Below are positions 39,094 to 48,985 of a stretch of 64,000 nucleotides of DNA, piece by piece. Source of the stretch: Acidobacteriota bacterium. GTDB taxonomy: Bacteria > Acidobacteriota > UBA6911. A program made the position numbers and the translations under genes. Location: positions 4,128,001-4,192,000 of the forward strand of contig OY761556.1 of the NCBI GenBank assembly GCA_963664705.1, read 5' to 3'. Below the pieces are notes generated by a model, which ran no database searches, had not been told where the DNA came from, and worked only from the letters and a program-made list of their open reading frames with translations. Each line of letters begins with the position of its first letter. Position 1 is the stretch's first letter.

Positions 39094-40992
39094 TTAGGGC
39101 ATAAGTTCCAGCTCGGTTGCAGCATCGGCCAATTTCCCGCCATTTGAATCGGCAAGTTCCAGAACCAGCCGATATTTTCCTGCACCGACCGCTGTCAAAG
39201 GCAGATTGATAGCCACGGCAGCCATATCCCTCCCGACCAGCACGGAGTTCCGCCTCAGGGAAACCAGATCAAGAACCCGTTGACTGCCCTTTTCATCGAC
39301 AAGCCTGGGCCTTGCAACCAAATCCAGGGAAGCCATCCCGCCAGGCAGGTTGTAGATTCTGAAGTAAACCGCGGCCGTCCCCTTTGCCCTCAGCCTATTT
39401 TCTATGCAAGGACTGATCTGCATCCCGGCATAAACAAGGGGATCGCTTTCATCCAGCATTTCAGTCTGCAGATTCCGGATCAATTCAGGCAACGGAGTGG
39501 CCTGCTCAGCCAATACCAGGCTGCTGATGCCGACGCCTTGACCGGGCACGGGGATTTCGAGCGACTGCTCCATCGACCCGATATTCCCGGAGCCGTCTGA
39601 AGCTGCAACTTTCAGCAGGTATTTTCCCGGGCGCAGTTTGAAGTAGTTGCTGTAAGGGAGAGCTCCTTTCCGAAACTCCGATCCCCTATCGATCTCAACG
39701 CGGACAGGAAGGGGTTCACTGAACCTGGCAGCCACGCTGCCATCCTCGCCATAGGCTGCGCCCATCACATTCAGATCCGCGGTCCATTGTCCGTCCTTCT
39801 TTTTCAGCGCGATTCCGCCCGTCTGGATTCGCGCTGAAACCAGGACTCTTGCGGAATTAGGCGTATCGAAGAAGTAGAATGGGCGGAAAGTCATGGGAAT
39901 TTGTGCCGCGGCCCCAGGATTGGCCAGTGCATTCAACAGTGATTGTTCCTGCCTGGAACTTGTCAAAACATCGACAGGACTTCGATCTTGATAGCCCGGC
40001 AAATATCTCAGGGACATTCCTTTGACATTTGTTTTTATTTCGAGCTTTCTATATGCGCCATCATGTTTGCGATCGCCGGATTGAAATCCCAGGATGTAGT
40101 AGTTGCTAAGCCGCAGGTCCAGCTTGTCCAGCTCTGCATCGATGTTGTTGGTGTTGGAAATAGCGTACCCGCCATCGCGAGTCAGGAAATCCAAATAATC
40201 TGTTCTCCATTTTTGGTCCACATCGCCTGAAGCAAGACCCACTGTATCGATCGTATAGTAGACAACGTTCGCCCGCCTCGCAGATTCAAGAGTTTTCCTG
40301 TTGCTCCCGGAGCGGGAGAATTGCATGCCATAGCCCAACACATTGGGATCGCTTTTATTGGGATTGAAATAGCGTGACTGCAAAAAGATCAGGATATTCT
40401 TTCTGCCCTTCAGATGAGCCAATGAGTAGTTGATTTGCTCGAGTGAGCTGTACAGATCGGCATATATCATTCCGGCTGAATTCGATGCGGCAAAAAGGCC
40501 GATAGCTGCTAATACTTTTTCTCTGTCTGTGGTCATGTTTTGCAGAATCTTCATGGAGGTACTAAACACGGCCACTCCAAACAAATCCTGGGGCCCCATG
40601 TGCTCTCGAACAAATCTCGCAGCTGACTCGCGCGACTTTTTTATATTTTCCGGAGCAATCAGAGCGTCATTGAATACAATCAATACGGTTTTACCTCGAT
40701 GTTGCTCGTCAACGATGATAGGAGATTTTGCCAGCGATGAAACTCCGGCGTCAGTCTTTACCTCATCAATACTAGCGATTTCCTGCTTCCTGCCTTCCTC
40801 GTAAACCTGGAAGTCCTCTCTCCGAAGACCCCCAACAGGCGTTCCGCTCTTATCCACGGCAGTGACTTCAACCGTTATCAGGTCGACGTCGACTCGAAAT
40901 TTCGATGAATTTTCAGTTTGGGCAGGGCTGCTCTGCATTTGTGCCGCCAACAGCCAGAAAGCCGCAAGAACCATCACCATTCGCTTTTTCAT
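39094..40992 (-). CDS. Secreted VWA-domain protein (acidobacterial VWFA type)
   Basis: FRVDVDLITVEVTAVDK.G.PV.GL..EDF; GRKNIL; YYILGF; C-terminal Ig-like domains. Confidence 0.88.
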   Translation of the reverse strand: MKKRMVMVLAAFWLLAAQMQSSPAQTENSSKFRVDVDLITVEVTAVDKSGTPVGGLRREDFQVYEEGRKQEIASIDEVKTDAGVSSLAKSPIIVDEQHRGKTVLIVFNDALIAPENIKKSRESAARFVREHMGPQDLFGVAVFSTSMKILQNMTTDREKVLAAIGLFAASNSAGMIYADLYSSLEQINYSLAHLKGRKNILIFLQSRYFNPNKSDPNVLGYGMQFSRSGSNRKTLESARRANVVYYTIDTVGLASGDVDQKWRTDYLDFLTRDGGYAISNTNNIDAELDKLDLRLSNYYILGFQSGDRKHDGAYRKLEIKTNVKGMSLRYLPGYQDRSPVDVLTSSRQEQSLLNALANPGAAAQIPMTFRPFYFFDTPNSARVLVSARIQTGGIALKKKDGQWTADLNVMGAAYGEDGSVAARFSEPLPVRVEIDRGSEFRKGALPYSNYFKLRPGKYLLKVAASDGSGNIGSMEQSLEIPVPGQGVGISSLVLAEQATPLPELIRNLQTEMLDESDPLVYAGMQISPCIENRLRAKGTAAVYFRIYNLPGGMASLDLVARPRLVDEKGSQRVLDLVSLRRNSVLVGRDMAAVAINLPLTAVGAGKYRLVLELADSNGGKLADAATELELMP

Positions 40993-42674
40993 GGAATTTC
41001 CACCGACTTGGTCACTGAGCCCATTTTCCCTTGGACATCCTCGCGCACGACCGCTTTGACTTTGTAGCGCCCCACCGGAAGCTTTAGTTCGACTCTTGAA
41101 CGGAGGCCTCGTTGCAGAAGATTGGCATAACTGTTTGCCTGGAGGCGGAAATCGATAACCTTTTCGAGTCCGCTGACGTAGTGATCGTATTCATCGAAGG
41201 CAACCAGAACAAGGCTCAGCTGGTTTTCCCTTCGCTGGCCTTCCTCAAGGAATCGCAAACCGTGCAGATCGACGTTTGTAATAATGGAAACCGAGTAATT
41301 GGAATCGGGCTCCTGGGAATAGTTGTAGGCAAGCGTCATCGGAATTTCTTTCATATTTCCGGGCTCACTCAAAGCTGCCAGGAGATCTTCTTTCTTCCGG
41401 TTTTCATAGGTAAGCTCCTCCCGGGGGCTGTAATAGCCCTTGCGATAACTGACCAGAAGACCCGGCCGCGCAATTTCGAGAGTGATCTTGTGATAGGAAC
41501 CATCGGCTTCATGCGGAGGGATGGAGTAGCTTAAAACATAATAGCGGGATTGATGCGTCGCAACATCTCGAAGTCCTTTGGACATGTTATTGTTGGCAAA
41601 GAAAAACTGGCCGCCTGTTTCCGAAGCGATTTTCGCAAGAACACTTTCCTGATCGATTTTGTCATCCATCTGTTGTTCGCATTGTACCCAGCTATCAACG
41701 ATTCCACTGTCGTCCGCTGAAGCTCCGCGTTTTTCGGCCCCTCGAATACTGATTGTGTTGAAGCGCGCTCCTGAGCGCAGCGCCAGATCAATGAGCTCCT
41801 GCAGTTCCTGGGCGGGCGCGGTTGAGGGCAGAGCAACAAATCCATCTGAAAAGAGGACAACCTGTTTGGCGCCGTCAAAATGACCAAAAGCCCGAAGATG
41901 CTGCTTTATTGTTTGGATCAGGCAATGAGTCCGATACTCAGCCATCGGACTTTGTATTTTGGCCATGATTCTCGTGATTATCGATGCATTCATGTACTGA
42001 GGCTCATCATGCGCAATACCCCATGCAACACGATCTGACAATGCGCGGTACTGGGATTCGATATCAACATTGCCCCATGTATCTAGTTTGAAGCGGAAGT
42101 TCCAATCAAGGCTCAGCTTTCGCAAGAGACTGTCGGCTTCTTCCAAAAGGAGCGTCTTATCATTTGAAAAAGGAAACTGTGCCTTGCGGGATCCCGACAA
42201 AATCGCGACATGATCATTCGGGCCGACATCACTGGTTATGAAATCCCTCACGGCCTTGACGATTTCCGCATAATGCAGCGGCGTATAAACAGTCAGATCA
42301 TCGATGACAATGGAGATTAATCTTGGACTTACCGTGTTCTTCTCACTTAGCGGTTTGTTGCGGCTCAAATCACGGGACAACTCCGATTCAGGGCCGCTTG
42401 TTTCTGATGATTCCAAAGCGAACGTCTGAATGGTTTGGTGTTTCCCATCATCGAAGATTCTGAATTCTTTTGAAGCCAGGTCCGTGACCGGATTCCCTTC
42501 CTTATCTGTAACGGTTGCCGCCACCAGGACAACATTCACCGGGACTCGATAGGTCGATCCGGACTTTGTTTCCTGAGCTTTCCTTTTTTGGGAAAATGAA
42601 GGAGACAGACAGAGCAAAAGCAGTACAAGAGAGATCCGGAAGCGTCGCACGAGAGCCAACATACCTACCTTCAT
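40989..42674 (-). CDS. Secreted VWA-domain protein (acidobacterial VWFA type)
   Basis: VNVVLV.ATVTDKEGNPV.DL; K.VVLFSDGF; ETGG; YYVLSY; RKGYY. 4-bp overlap with the next gene. Confidence 0.88.
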   Translation of the reverse strand: MKVGMLALVRRFRISLVLLLLCLSPSFSQKRKAQETKSGSTYRVPVNVVLVAATVTDKEGNPVTDLASKEFRIFDDGKHQTIQTFALESSETSGPESELSRDLSRNKPLSEKNTVSPRLISIVIDDLTVYTPLHYAEIVKAVRDFITSDVGPNDHVAILSGSRKAQFPFSNDKTLLLEEADSLLRKLSLDWNFRFKLDTWGNVDIESQYRALSDRVAWGIAHDEPQYMNASIITRIMAKIQSPMAEYRTHCLIQTIKQHLRAFGHFDGAKQVVLFSDGFVALPSTAPAQELQELIDLALRSGARFNTISIRGAEKRGASADDSGIVDSWVQCEQQMDDKIDQESVLAKIASETGGQFFFANNNMSKGLRDVATHQSRYYVLSYSIPPHEADGSYHKITLEIARPGLLVSYRKGYYSPREELTYENRKKEDLLAALSEPGNMKEIPMTLAYNYSQEPDSNYSVSIITNVDLHGLRFLEEGQRRENQLSLVLVAFDEYDHYVSGLEKVIDFRLQANSYANLLQRGLRSRVELKLPVGRYKVKAVVREDVQGKMGSVTKSVEIP

Positions 42675-42954
42675 TGCTCCAGGTTATTTGGTTTTTTGAT
42701 TCTAGCTGACTATTGGATGTCCCGGCAGCGATTTATGCTCAGAGTTTGGATCAATTCCCGTTCTTTTTGCTCTATCGATCGTTGCCGGTTGTCTGATTAC
42801 GGTGTGGCGGACTGATCCAGTTCAGAGATTTCCGGCTCAGAATAGTGGCCTCCCTGTAACTTCATTGTTGATAATGTGACCAACTGCTAGTAAATAACGT
42901 CAGAATCCAGAACAAGAATCCGTGGCTCGCAACCATTTGAGGGGGGAACCCAAC

Positions 42955-43551
42955 ATGTCCAGTAATCGATCCAGAATCATCGGTTCTGCAGGAAATATTT
43001 TCGCGCTGGCCGCAATCGCGGCATGCCTGCTCATCTTTTTGACACAGCCGGTGTCGGCACAGCAGGTTACCATGCAAACTCTTCTTGATCGCGTCCAGAT
43101 CGAGGATCTCCTGACGCGCTATTACTATGATCTCTCGCGGACCAACGCTCATGAGCTTTCCCAGTACTTCACCGAAGATGCCTTGCTTGACGTTGACGGC
43201 ACCGTAGCCAAGGGCCGCGCAGAAATTGCCAAGCTCTACAAGAATCCGACCCCGGATCCGAAGGAACCGGCGCCGGTACCGGGCCGCCGCATGCACATGC
43301 TGCTCACCAACCCGATTATCGATATTAAAGGCAATTCAGCCCAGGCGCATGTGATCTGGACTGGAATAGTGGACGAGGGGATCGGCAAGCTGCCCCAGGT
43401 GGCCGAGCAGGGACGTGAAGACAGTGAACTGGTCAAACAAAATGGCAAGTGGCTCATCAAACGCCGCTATATCTCCACCGATGGCCGCATGCCGAACCGG
43501 TTTGACAAAAACTTCAAGCCTCGTGAGAACCCTTTGGAACAATCCAAGTAA
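42955..43551 (+). CDS. Secreted SnoaL/NTF2-like protein
   Basis: LLDRVQIEDLLTRY…FTEDA…H..TNP…LVKQNGKW.I..R. Confidence 0.85.
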   Translation: MSSNRSRIIGSAGNIFALAAIAACLLIFLTQPVSAQQVTMQTLLDRVQIEDLLTRYYYDLSRTNAHELSQYFTEDALLDVDGTVAKGRAEIAKLYKNPTPDPKEPAPVPGRRMHMLLTNPIIDIKGNSAQAHVIWTGIVDEGIGKLPQVAEQGREDSELVKQNGKWLIKRRYISTDGRMPNRFDKNFKPRENPLEQSK

Positions 43552-43578
43552 TTAGGAGCCGGAAAGGAGTGCTGCAGT

Positions 43579-45510
43579 ATGACCAAATGGAAGGATTTAT
43601 TGGAAAAGTATGGCAAGCCAACACCTTGGCCCTATCCCATTCGCTACGATCAGGAACAGGAAATCGAAACCGATGTACTGATTATCGGTGGAGGCATCGC
43701 CGGGTGCTGGGCTGCTATCAGCGCCGCCAGGACCGGTGTAAAGGTGGCCCTGGTGGAGAAGGCGGATACCATCAGGAGCGGGGCGGGAGGCCCGGGCTGC
43801 GACCACTGGTGCGTCACGCCGGCCAATCCTCATTCCAAGGTCGATCCCGACGACTGGGCGAAGCGGCTGGTGGAGCATCCGGTTCATGCCGGCGATCCGC
43901 CGACCGACGCGCTCCCCGTTTCCTACGCCAATGGCATCGGAACGCAGATTCAATGCCGTGAGGACTGGGATACGCTGCTTGAAATGGAACAGATGGGCGG
44001 CAAGATCCGGGACACCAACGACGAATACCTGGGCGCCGAGGGCCGCTACGACGACAAGATAATGTTTTCGCCGCGGATGAGCCCCAATCATGCCACCGAA
44101 GTGACGGTCCGGGTCTGGGGAACGACATTTAAGCCCGCTTTGAAGAAAGAGTGCCAGCGACTGGGCGTAAAAATTTATGACCGCGTCATGGTTACCAGCC
44201 TGCTGACCGATGGAGGGGTCCAAGGAGCCAGAGTCATCGGAGCGACGGGATTTAACAACCGTACCGGTGAGTTCATGATTTTCAAGTCAAAGGCTGCGAT
44301 TCTGTCCAGCGCAGGCAGCAATTCCCTCGGATTTCTGAATACCGAACTCGCCGGCTACAATACATTCCCCGGCTCCCGAACCAAGACCGGAGACGGCATG
44401 GCAATGGCATGGAAGGCCGGCGCCGAGCTTACCCTGATGGAACAGACCATGCCGCACGGGCTCGGCACAGGGCTCAAGCACACCTGGTACGGCGGGGCCA
44501 GCGATGCCAGCTTCGAGAATATCCAGCAGGTCGATGCCAACGGTAAAAAATTGCCCTGGCCCTTGCAGGGATGGCCCGATGGCGGCGCGATGCGACCTTC
44601 TCCGGAAAACTGGCAGAAAATTATCAAGGGTGTCCAGGATGGGACTTATGCCCTGCCCTTTTTCGGCGACTTCCCTGCCATGTCCGAGGTCGAGCGCCGC
44701 GTCACATGGAAACTGATGCTGGACGAGGAATCCTGCACGCGGAACATCATCAATTCCTATGAAAGAGGCGGCTTCGATCCCGCCAAACATCTGTTGATGA
44801 ACTACAACCTGATTGAAGGAACCAGCCCATCCAACTGGCTGTCCGCGGGCCGCGGCGGCCCCGTGGTCGATTGGGACCTGAAATCAAGCCTCGATGGCCT
44901 GTACATTGCCGGCGAGTCCATGTTCTCCGCGGGTGACCACAGCTATGCCGCTTCGACGGGACGCTATGCCGGCAGAAAAGCCGCTGCCTACGTCAGGGAA
45001 ATAGCCGCAGGCAACATATCCCGAGACCAGATCGCTTTGGAAAAGGCCCGCGTCTACGCCCCGATAAACCGCGACGACGGCATCGACTGGAAGGAACTGC
45101 ACGCCGGTATTGCGCGCACCCTGCAGTACTGGTGCAGTGAATACAAGACGGAATCCATGATGAACATCGGGCTGGATTCTCTGAAAGAAATAAGGGAAGT
45201 TTTTGTGCCCAGGTTGTATGCCCTCGATCCGCATAAACTCATGCGCAGCATCGAAGACCTGAGCCTGCTGACCCATGCGGAAATTGTCATCCATGCATCG
45301 CTGGCTCGCAAAGCCAGCAGCCGCGCATTGCCCTTCTTCAGAATCGATTATCCCGATATAGACCCGCCGGAGTGGAACAAGTTCGTTACCGTCAAGCTGG
45401 AGAACAACCAGGTTAAGACGGGCTCACTCCCCTTGAACTACTGGGGCAATCTGAAAGCGAACTATGAAGCCAACAACAAGGACTACACCGGAGTCTATAA
45501 AAGAAAATAG
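43579..45510 (+). CDS. FAD-binding oxidoreductase, APS-reductase-alpha/SdhA superfamily
   Basis: ETDVLIIGGGIAG, RSGAGG.G.DH, TGDG.AMA..AGA.L, GLYIAGE, LARK.S…R.DYP. Confidence 0.88.
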   Translation: MTKWKDLLEKYGKPTPWPYPIRYDQEQEIETDVLIIGGGIAGCWAAISAARTGVKVALVEKADTIRSGAGGPGCDHWCVTPANPHSKVDPDDWAKRLVEHPVHAGDPPTDALPVSYANGIGTQIQCREDWDTLLEMEQMGGKIRDTNDEYLGAEGRYDDKIMFSPRMSPNHATEVTVRVWGTTFKPALKKECQRLGVKIYDRVMVTSLLTDGGVQGARVIGATGFNNRTGEFMIFKSKAAILSSAGSNSLGFLNTELAGYNTFPGSRTKTGDGMAMAWKAGAELTLMEQTMPHGLGTGLKHTWYGGASDASFENIQQVDANGKKLPWPLQGWPDGGAMRPSPENWQKIIKGVQDGTYALPFFGDFPAMSEVERRVTWKLMLDEESCTRNIINSYERGGFDPAKHLLMNYNLIEGTSPSNWLSAGRGGPVVDWDLKSSLDGLYIAGESMFSAGDHSYAASTGRYAGRKAAAYVREIAAGNISRDQIALEKARVYAPINRDDGIDWKELHAGIARTLQYWCSEYKTESMMNIGLDSLKEIREVFVPRLYALDPHKLMRSIEDLSLLTHAEIVIHASLARKASSRALPFFRIDYPDIDPPEWNKFVTVKLENNQVKTGSLPLNYWGNLKANYEANNKDYTGVYKRK

Positions 45511-45521
45511 GGAGAATTGTT

Positions 45522-45821
45522 ATGCCTCGTAAAGAAACTTTTGCATTACCCAACATCATCAGCCCGGGAAATCCGGTGATTTTCAATCCTGATGCCTGTA
45601 CCGGCTGCAACCACTGCGTGGAAGTCTGCCAGGTGGACGTCTTCATTCCTAACCCGGAAGACAAGATGCCTCCAGTCGTCCTGCACCCCGATGAGTGCTG
45701 GTACTGCGGCTGCTGCGCCACTGATTGCCCCAACCAGGCCATTACATTCAACTGGCCGCTTCAGCAGCGGGCTTATTGGAAAGATAAAGCTACAGGAAAG
45801 GTCCTCCGGGATCACCAGTAA
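45522..45821 (+). CDS. 2x[4Fe-4S] ferredoxin, AprB-like
   Basis: CTGCNHCVEVC and PDECWYCGCCATDCP; 11 bp downstream of the flavoprotein. Confidence 0.9.
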   Translation: MPRKETFALPNIISPGNPVIFNPDACTGCNHCVEVCQVDVFIPNPEDKMPPVVLHPDECWYCGCCATDCPNQAITFNWPLQQRAYWKDKATGKVLRDHQ

Positions 45822-45843
45822 TCCAACTGAGCCGGCGAACAAG

Positions 45844-45899
45844 GAGACAGGAAGAAGACAGGAGTGAAAATCTGCTCGCCCCCATCTTCTTCCTGTCTC
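45844..45899. terminator. Perfect 15-bp stem hairpin after the ferredoxin gene
   Basis: GAGACAGGAAGAAGA … TCTTCTTCCTGTCTC; no U-tract. Confidence 0.55.
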
Positions 45900-45979
45900 G
45901 GTCAAATCATGCCAGCGGCGGTATGATGATAGAACATCCCCCTTGCCATTATTGCGGGAAGAAACCTATGAGAAATAGT

Positions 45980-47413
45980 ATGAAAAGTCATTTTTGGGGC
46001 GCCACGGGGCTGGCATGTCTATTGGCGGCGAGAGCAGTTGCCGCTTCCGAACCGGTTTGGCCGCAGTTTCGAGGGCCGGAAGCAAATCCGGTCAGCAAGG
46101 AAGCACGGCTGGCGGACAACTGGGGGAAGACGAAAAACATTGACTGGGCAGCGGAGATTCCCGGGCGTGGATGGTCGTCGCCCATCGTTGCAGGCGAAAG
46201 AGTCTTTGTTACAACCGCAATTACGGAAGGCACATCGAAACCGCCGCAGATCGGAACGGAATATAGCAACGAGTATGCGGCTGAATTGGAGAAGCAGGGG
46301 CTCACAGAAGCGCAGGTCCTCGAGAAATTGACGGCCCGGGATATTGAACTCCCCAAGGAAGTAGTGCTGCACTATTTTCTATATTGCCTGAACTTGAAGT
46401 CAGGGAAAGTGGAGTGGAAACAGGAATTTCATACGGGAAGGCCACCGGGCGGAAGACACCGCAAAAACAGCTTCGTCTCGGAAACACCGGTAACGGATGG
46501 CAAAGCAGTTTATGTCTATGTTGCAAACCTCGGGCTATACGCATTTGATTTGAAGGGAAAAAGCCTGTGGAAGGCCCCGCAGGAGGCGCTGCCAATCTAT
46601 CTGGATTTCGGAACAGGAAGTTCTCCAGTACTGGCGGGGAATCTGGTGGTCATCGTCAACGACAATGAAAAACAGCCCTTCATCGCAGCCTACGACAAGA
46701 AGACAGGCAAGGAAGTCTGGAAAAAGAACAGGGATGTGAGAGCGAAAGGACCCACGCCGGCGCGTTCGGGGTGGGTGACGCCCTATGTATGGCGGCATGC
46801 TGACCGGACCGAAATAGTCACCGTGGGACCGAGCAAAGCGATCAGCTACGATCTGACGGGGAAGGAGTTGTGGATACTGACCGGAATGTCGGGAGGGCCC
46901 ATCCCTATGCCGTACGCTTACGACGGCCTGCTGTATCTGAACGGGGGGCGGGAACGGCCCCTGTTTGCGATTCGTCCGGGAGCGGATGGCGACATATCGT
47001 TGAAAGAGGGGGAGCGAGCAAACAAATATGTGGTTTGGTCCGAGCCGCGCGGTGGAACGTACCTGCCTACGGCTGTGGCTTATGAAGGCGCGCTTTACTC
47101 GATAACCGAAACCGGAATTCTGAGCCGGTATGAAGCAAAAACCGGAAAAACAACCTACCGAACACGGATTGATCCGGCGGCAACAGCGTTCACCGCTTCG
47201 CCTTGGGCTTATAACGGCAAGATCTTTTTCCTGGACGAAGAGGGGCAGACTTACGTGGTGGCCGCAGGAGATAAGTTTGAGTTAAAGCAAACGAATCTGC
47301 TGGAAGATATGGCACTGGCAACACCGGCAATCGCCGGGGATCGGCTGCTGCTGCGAACCGAGCACCGGCTGTATTCGATTCGCCAGGCAACTTCGGGGAC
47401 TCCGGGCAAATAA
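45980..47413 (+). CDS. Secreted PQQ-binding-like beta-propeller protein (start uncertain)
   Basis: WPQFRGP, PGRGWSSPIV, TPVTDG, FGTGSSP, ATPAI…LLLRT. Confidence 0.9.
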   Translation: MKSHFWGATGLACLLAARAVAASEPVWPQFRGPEANPVSKEARLADNWGKTKNIDWAAEIPGRGWSSPIVAGERVFVTTAITEGTSKPPQIGTEYSNEYAAELEKQGLTEAQVLEKLTARDIELPKEVVLHYFLYCLNLKSGKVEWKQEFHTGRPPGGRHRKNSFVSETPVTDGKAVYVYVANLGLYAFDLKGKSLWKAPQEALPIYLDFGTGSSPVLAGNLVVIVNDNEKQPFIAAYDKKTGKEVWKKNRDVRAKGPTPARSGWVTPYVWRHADRTEIVTVGPSKAISYDLTGKELWILTGMSGGPIPMPYAYDGLLYLNGGRERPLFAIRPGADGDISLKEGERANKYVVWSEPRGGTYLPTAVAYEGALYSITETGILSRYEAKTGKTTYRTRIDPAATAFTASPWAYNGKIFFLDEEGQTYVVAAGDKFELKQTNLLEDMALATPAIAGDRLLLRTEHRLYSIRQATSGTPGK

Positions 47414-47478
47414 GTCCTCCTCGCACGGGAGCGCTGGCGTCGCGCCCAATGTCATTTACTTTTTTTCGGACATTTTTC

Positions 47479-47544
47479 TTTCGCCCTTCGGGGCTTGTTA
47501 CGGGTCTATTCCAATCCAGGGTTCGCTTCGCTTCACCCCTGGCT
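47479..47544. repeat. Left part of the REP-like element interrupted by the IS110
   Basis: tttcgcccttcggggct…ccagggttcgcttcgcttcacccctggCT; it resumes as CTacttgctttcggccctccggggg at 49085. Confidence 0.85.
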
Positions 47545-47659
47545 GATATGGAGTGATCGGTCAAGTACAATCAATCCGTTCCTTGTTCGTTCATTTTGGT
47601 TTTCTTCGGTTCATAAATAAATCAGCCAGTAAAAAGAACAGGGGATCGAGTTGGCAACA

Positions 47660-47790
47660 GCGACGATAATCAATCTGATATTCGCGGGTCGATAAGCACG
47701 CATGACAACTGATTCATCGGGAGCGGCCTCACTCTACTTCCGTGGATTCTGGTTTCCCATACCAACATAGCCAGGTCGAGGTTTCTCCTT
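47660..47790 (-). ncRNA. Predicted bridge/seek RNA core (target- and donor-binding loops); true transcript ends unknown
   Basis: Two stem/internal-loop/hairpin modules. Loop sequences CCUGGCUA and AAGUAG match the REP target; AUAUCAGA matches the circle junction. Confidence 0.8.
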
Positions 47791-47890
47791 TCGAAGCCTG
47801 GAACTCGATCTCCTGTTCCGTTCACTAACCGAATGTTTCCGTTATTAATCCATTGAAGAACAAAATAGCTGCAAGAGCTGGTGCCTTATG

Positions 47891-48985
47891 TCATGCAACA
47901 CGACCGATAGCCCAGATAAATCCTGCCAATTCTCGACTTACCGCAACCGCGATCTTTTGTCTTTCTTTCCCTCGGTTGAGCATGCGTCGGAATTTTTGAT
48001 TCAATCGCTTATCGCAACGTTGTGCAATCTCGATAACTTCTGCCGGCAAACACTCTCGTCGTTTCTTGAGAGTTTTGCCAGCTACTGAAGAATGACGGTA
48101 GTGCCAGGCGCTTTCGATCAGCACCCTACGTAGGTGGCTGTTTCCCGTTTTGGTTATCCTTCCCCGTCTTTCAAGTTCACCTGAGCTGCTTTCCGAAGGC
48201 ACCACCCCAATAGCGGCCATAAACGAAGGCGCATCGACGAACCGTCTTAAATCGAGCGCTTCTGCGATAATCGTCATCGCCGTCAGAACCTGAACACCTT
48301 TTAGCGCCATCAAATAGCTGACTCGCTTTTGATAGTTCGGCTGTTTTGCAACTTCCTCGATTTTTCCCTGGAATGTTTTCAACCGCTCCGTCTGTTGCTC
48401 AAGCGCCTGTCGATATTCCTCCAGTACTGTTTGATCCCCATCATCCTCAAACACAAGGCTCTTAATCCACTTTAGGTGCCCAAGCGACCAGTTCTTGCCC
48501 TGCGGATATTTCAATCCACGTCGCATCAGAAACCGTGCTAATCGATGCCGTGCTCGCTGCTGGTCTTCCAATGCGTCTTCTCGCGCACGCACCAGATCTC
48601 GCAGACTTTCCTGTTCTTTTTGCGGGATCACAATACATGTTAGTTCTCCCGCTCGGTACAATTTGCCCAAGGCTTTCGCATCCAGCTTATCCGTTTTTAC
48701 TTTTTTCCCCGCTCGTCTCGGAGTCAACGAAGGGGCCGCAACCTCACAAGAAATCCCATGTTTGGCCAAATAGCGCTGCAAATAGTATCCATTAACGCCC
48801 GCTTCGTAGACGCACCGTACGTCATCTTCAAATGCCCTTAGCTTTTTCGCTAACCGACCCAGCCCCGTACTGTCGTTTGATACAACAAGTTCTTCTCGAG
48901 GGTTACTTTCCTGCCCGCGAAAAATTGCGACGTTTATCTTTTTTGCTGAATCATCCATCCCTACCCAAGTGATACAATCTGCCAT
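47891..48985 (-). CDS. IS110-family DEDD recombinase/transposase
   Basis: VGMD, YEAG, KTDKLDA (DEDD), G.VPSE.SSG (Tnp serine region), ITKTGN.HLRR.L.ESAW, AVSRELAGF; GAGGAG RBS. Confidence 0.96.
   Translation of the reverse strand: MADCITWVGMDDSAKKINVAIFRGQESNPREELVVSNDSTGLGRLAKKLRAFEDDVRCVYEAGVNGYYLQRYLAKHGISCEVAAPSLTPRRAGKKVKTDKLDAKALGKLYRAGELTCIVIPQKEQESLRDLVRAREDALEDQQRARHRLARFLMRRGLKYPQGKNWSLGHLKWIKSLVFEDDGDQTVLEEYRQALEQQTERLKTFQGKIEEVAKQPNYQKRVSYLMALKGVQVLTAMTIIAEALDLRRFVDAPSFMAAIGVVPSESSSGELERRGRITKTGNSHLRRVLIESAWHYRHSSVAGKTLKKRRECLPAEVIEIAQRCDKRLNQKFRRMLNRGKERQKIAVAVSRELAGFIWAIGRVA

Noticed and set aside
43579-45821. Calling aprA/aprB and inferring sulfate reduction
   Set aside because: Gene order, short beta subunit and absence of sat/qmo/dsr do not support the specific assignment.
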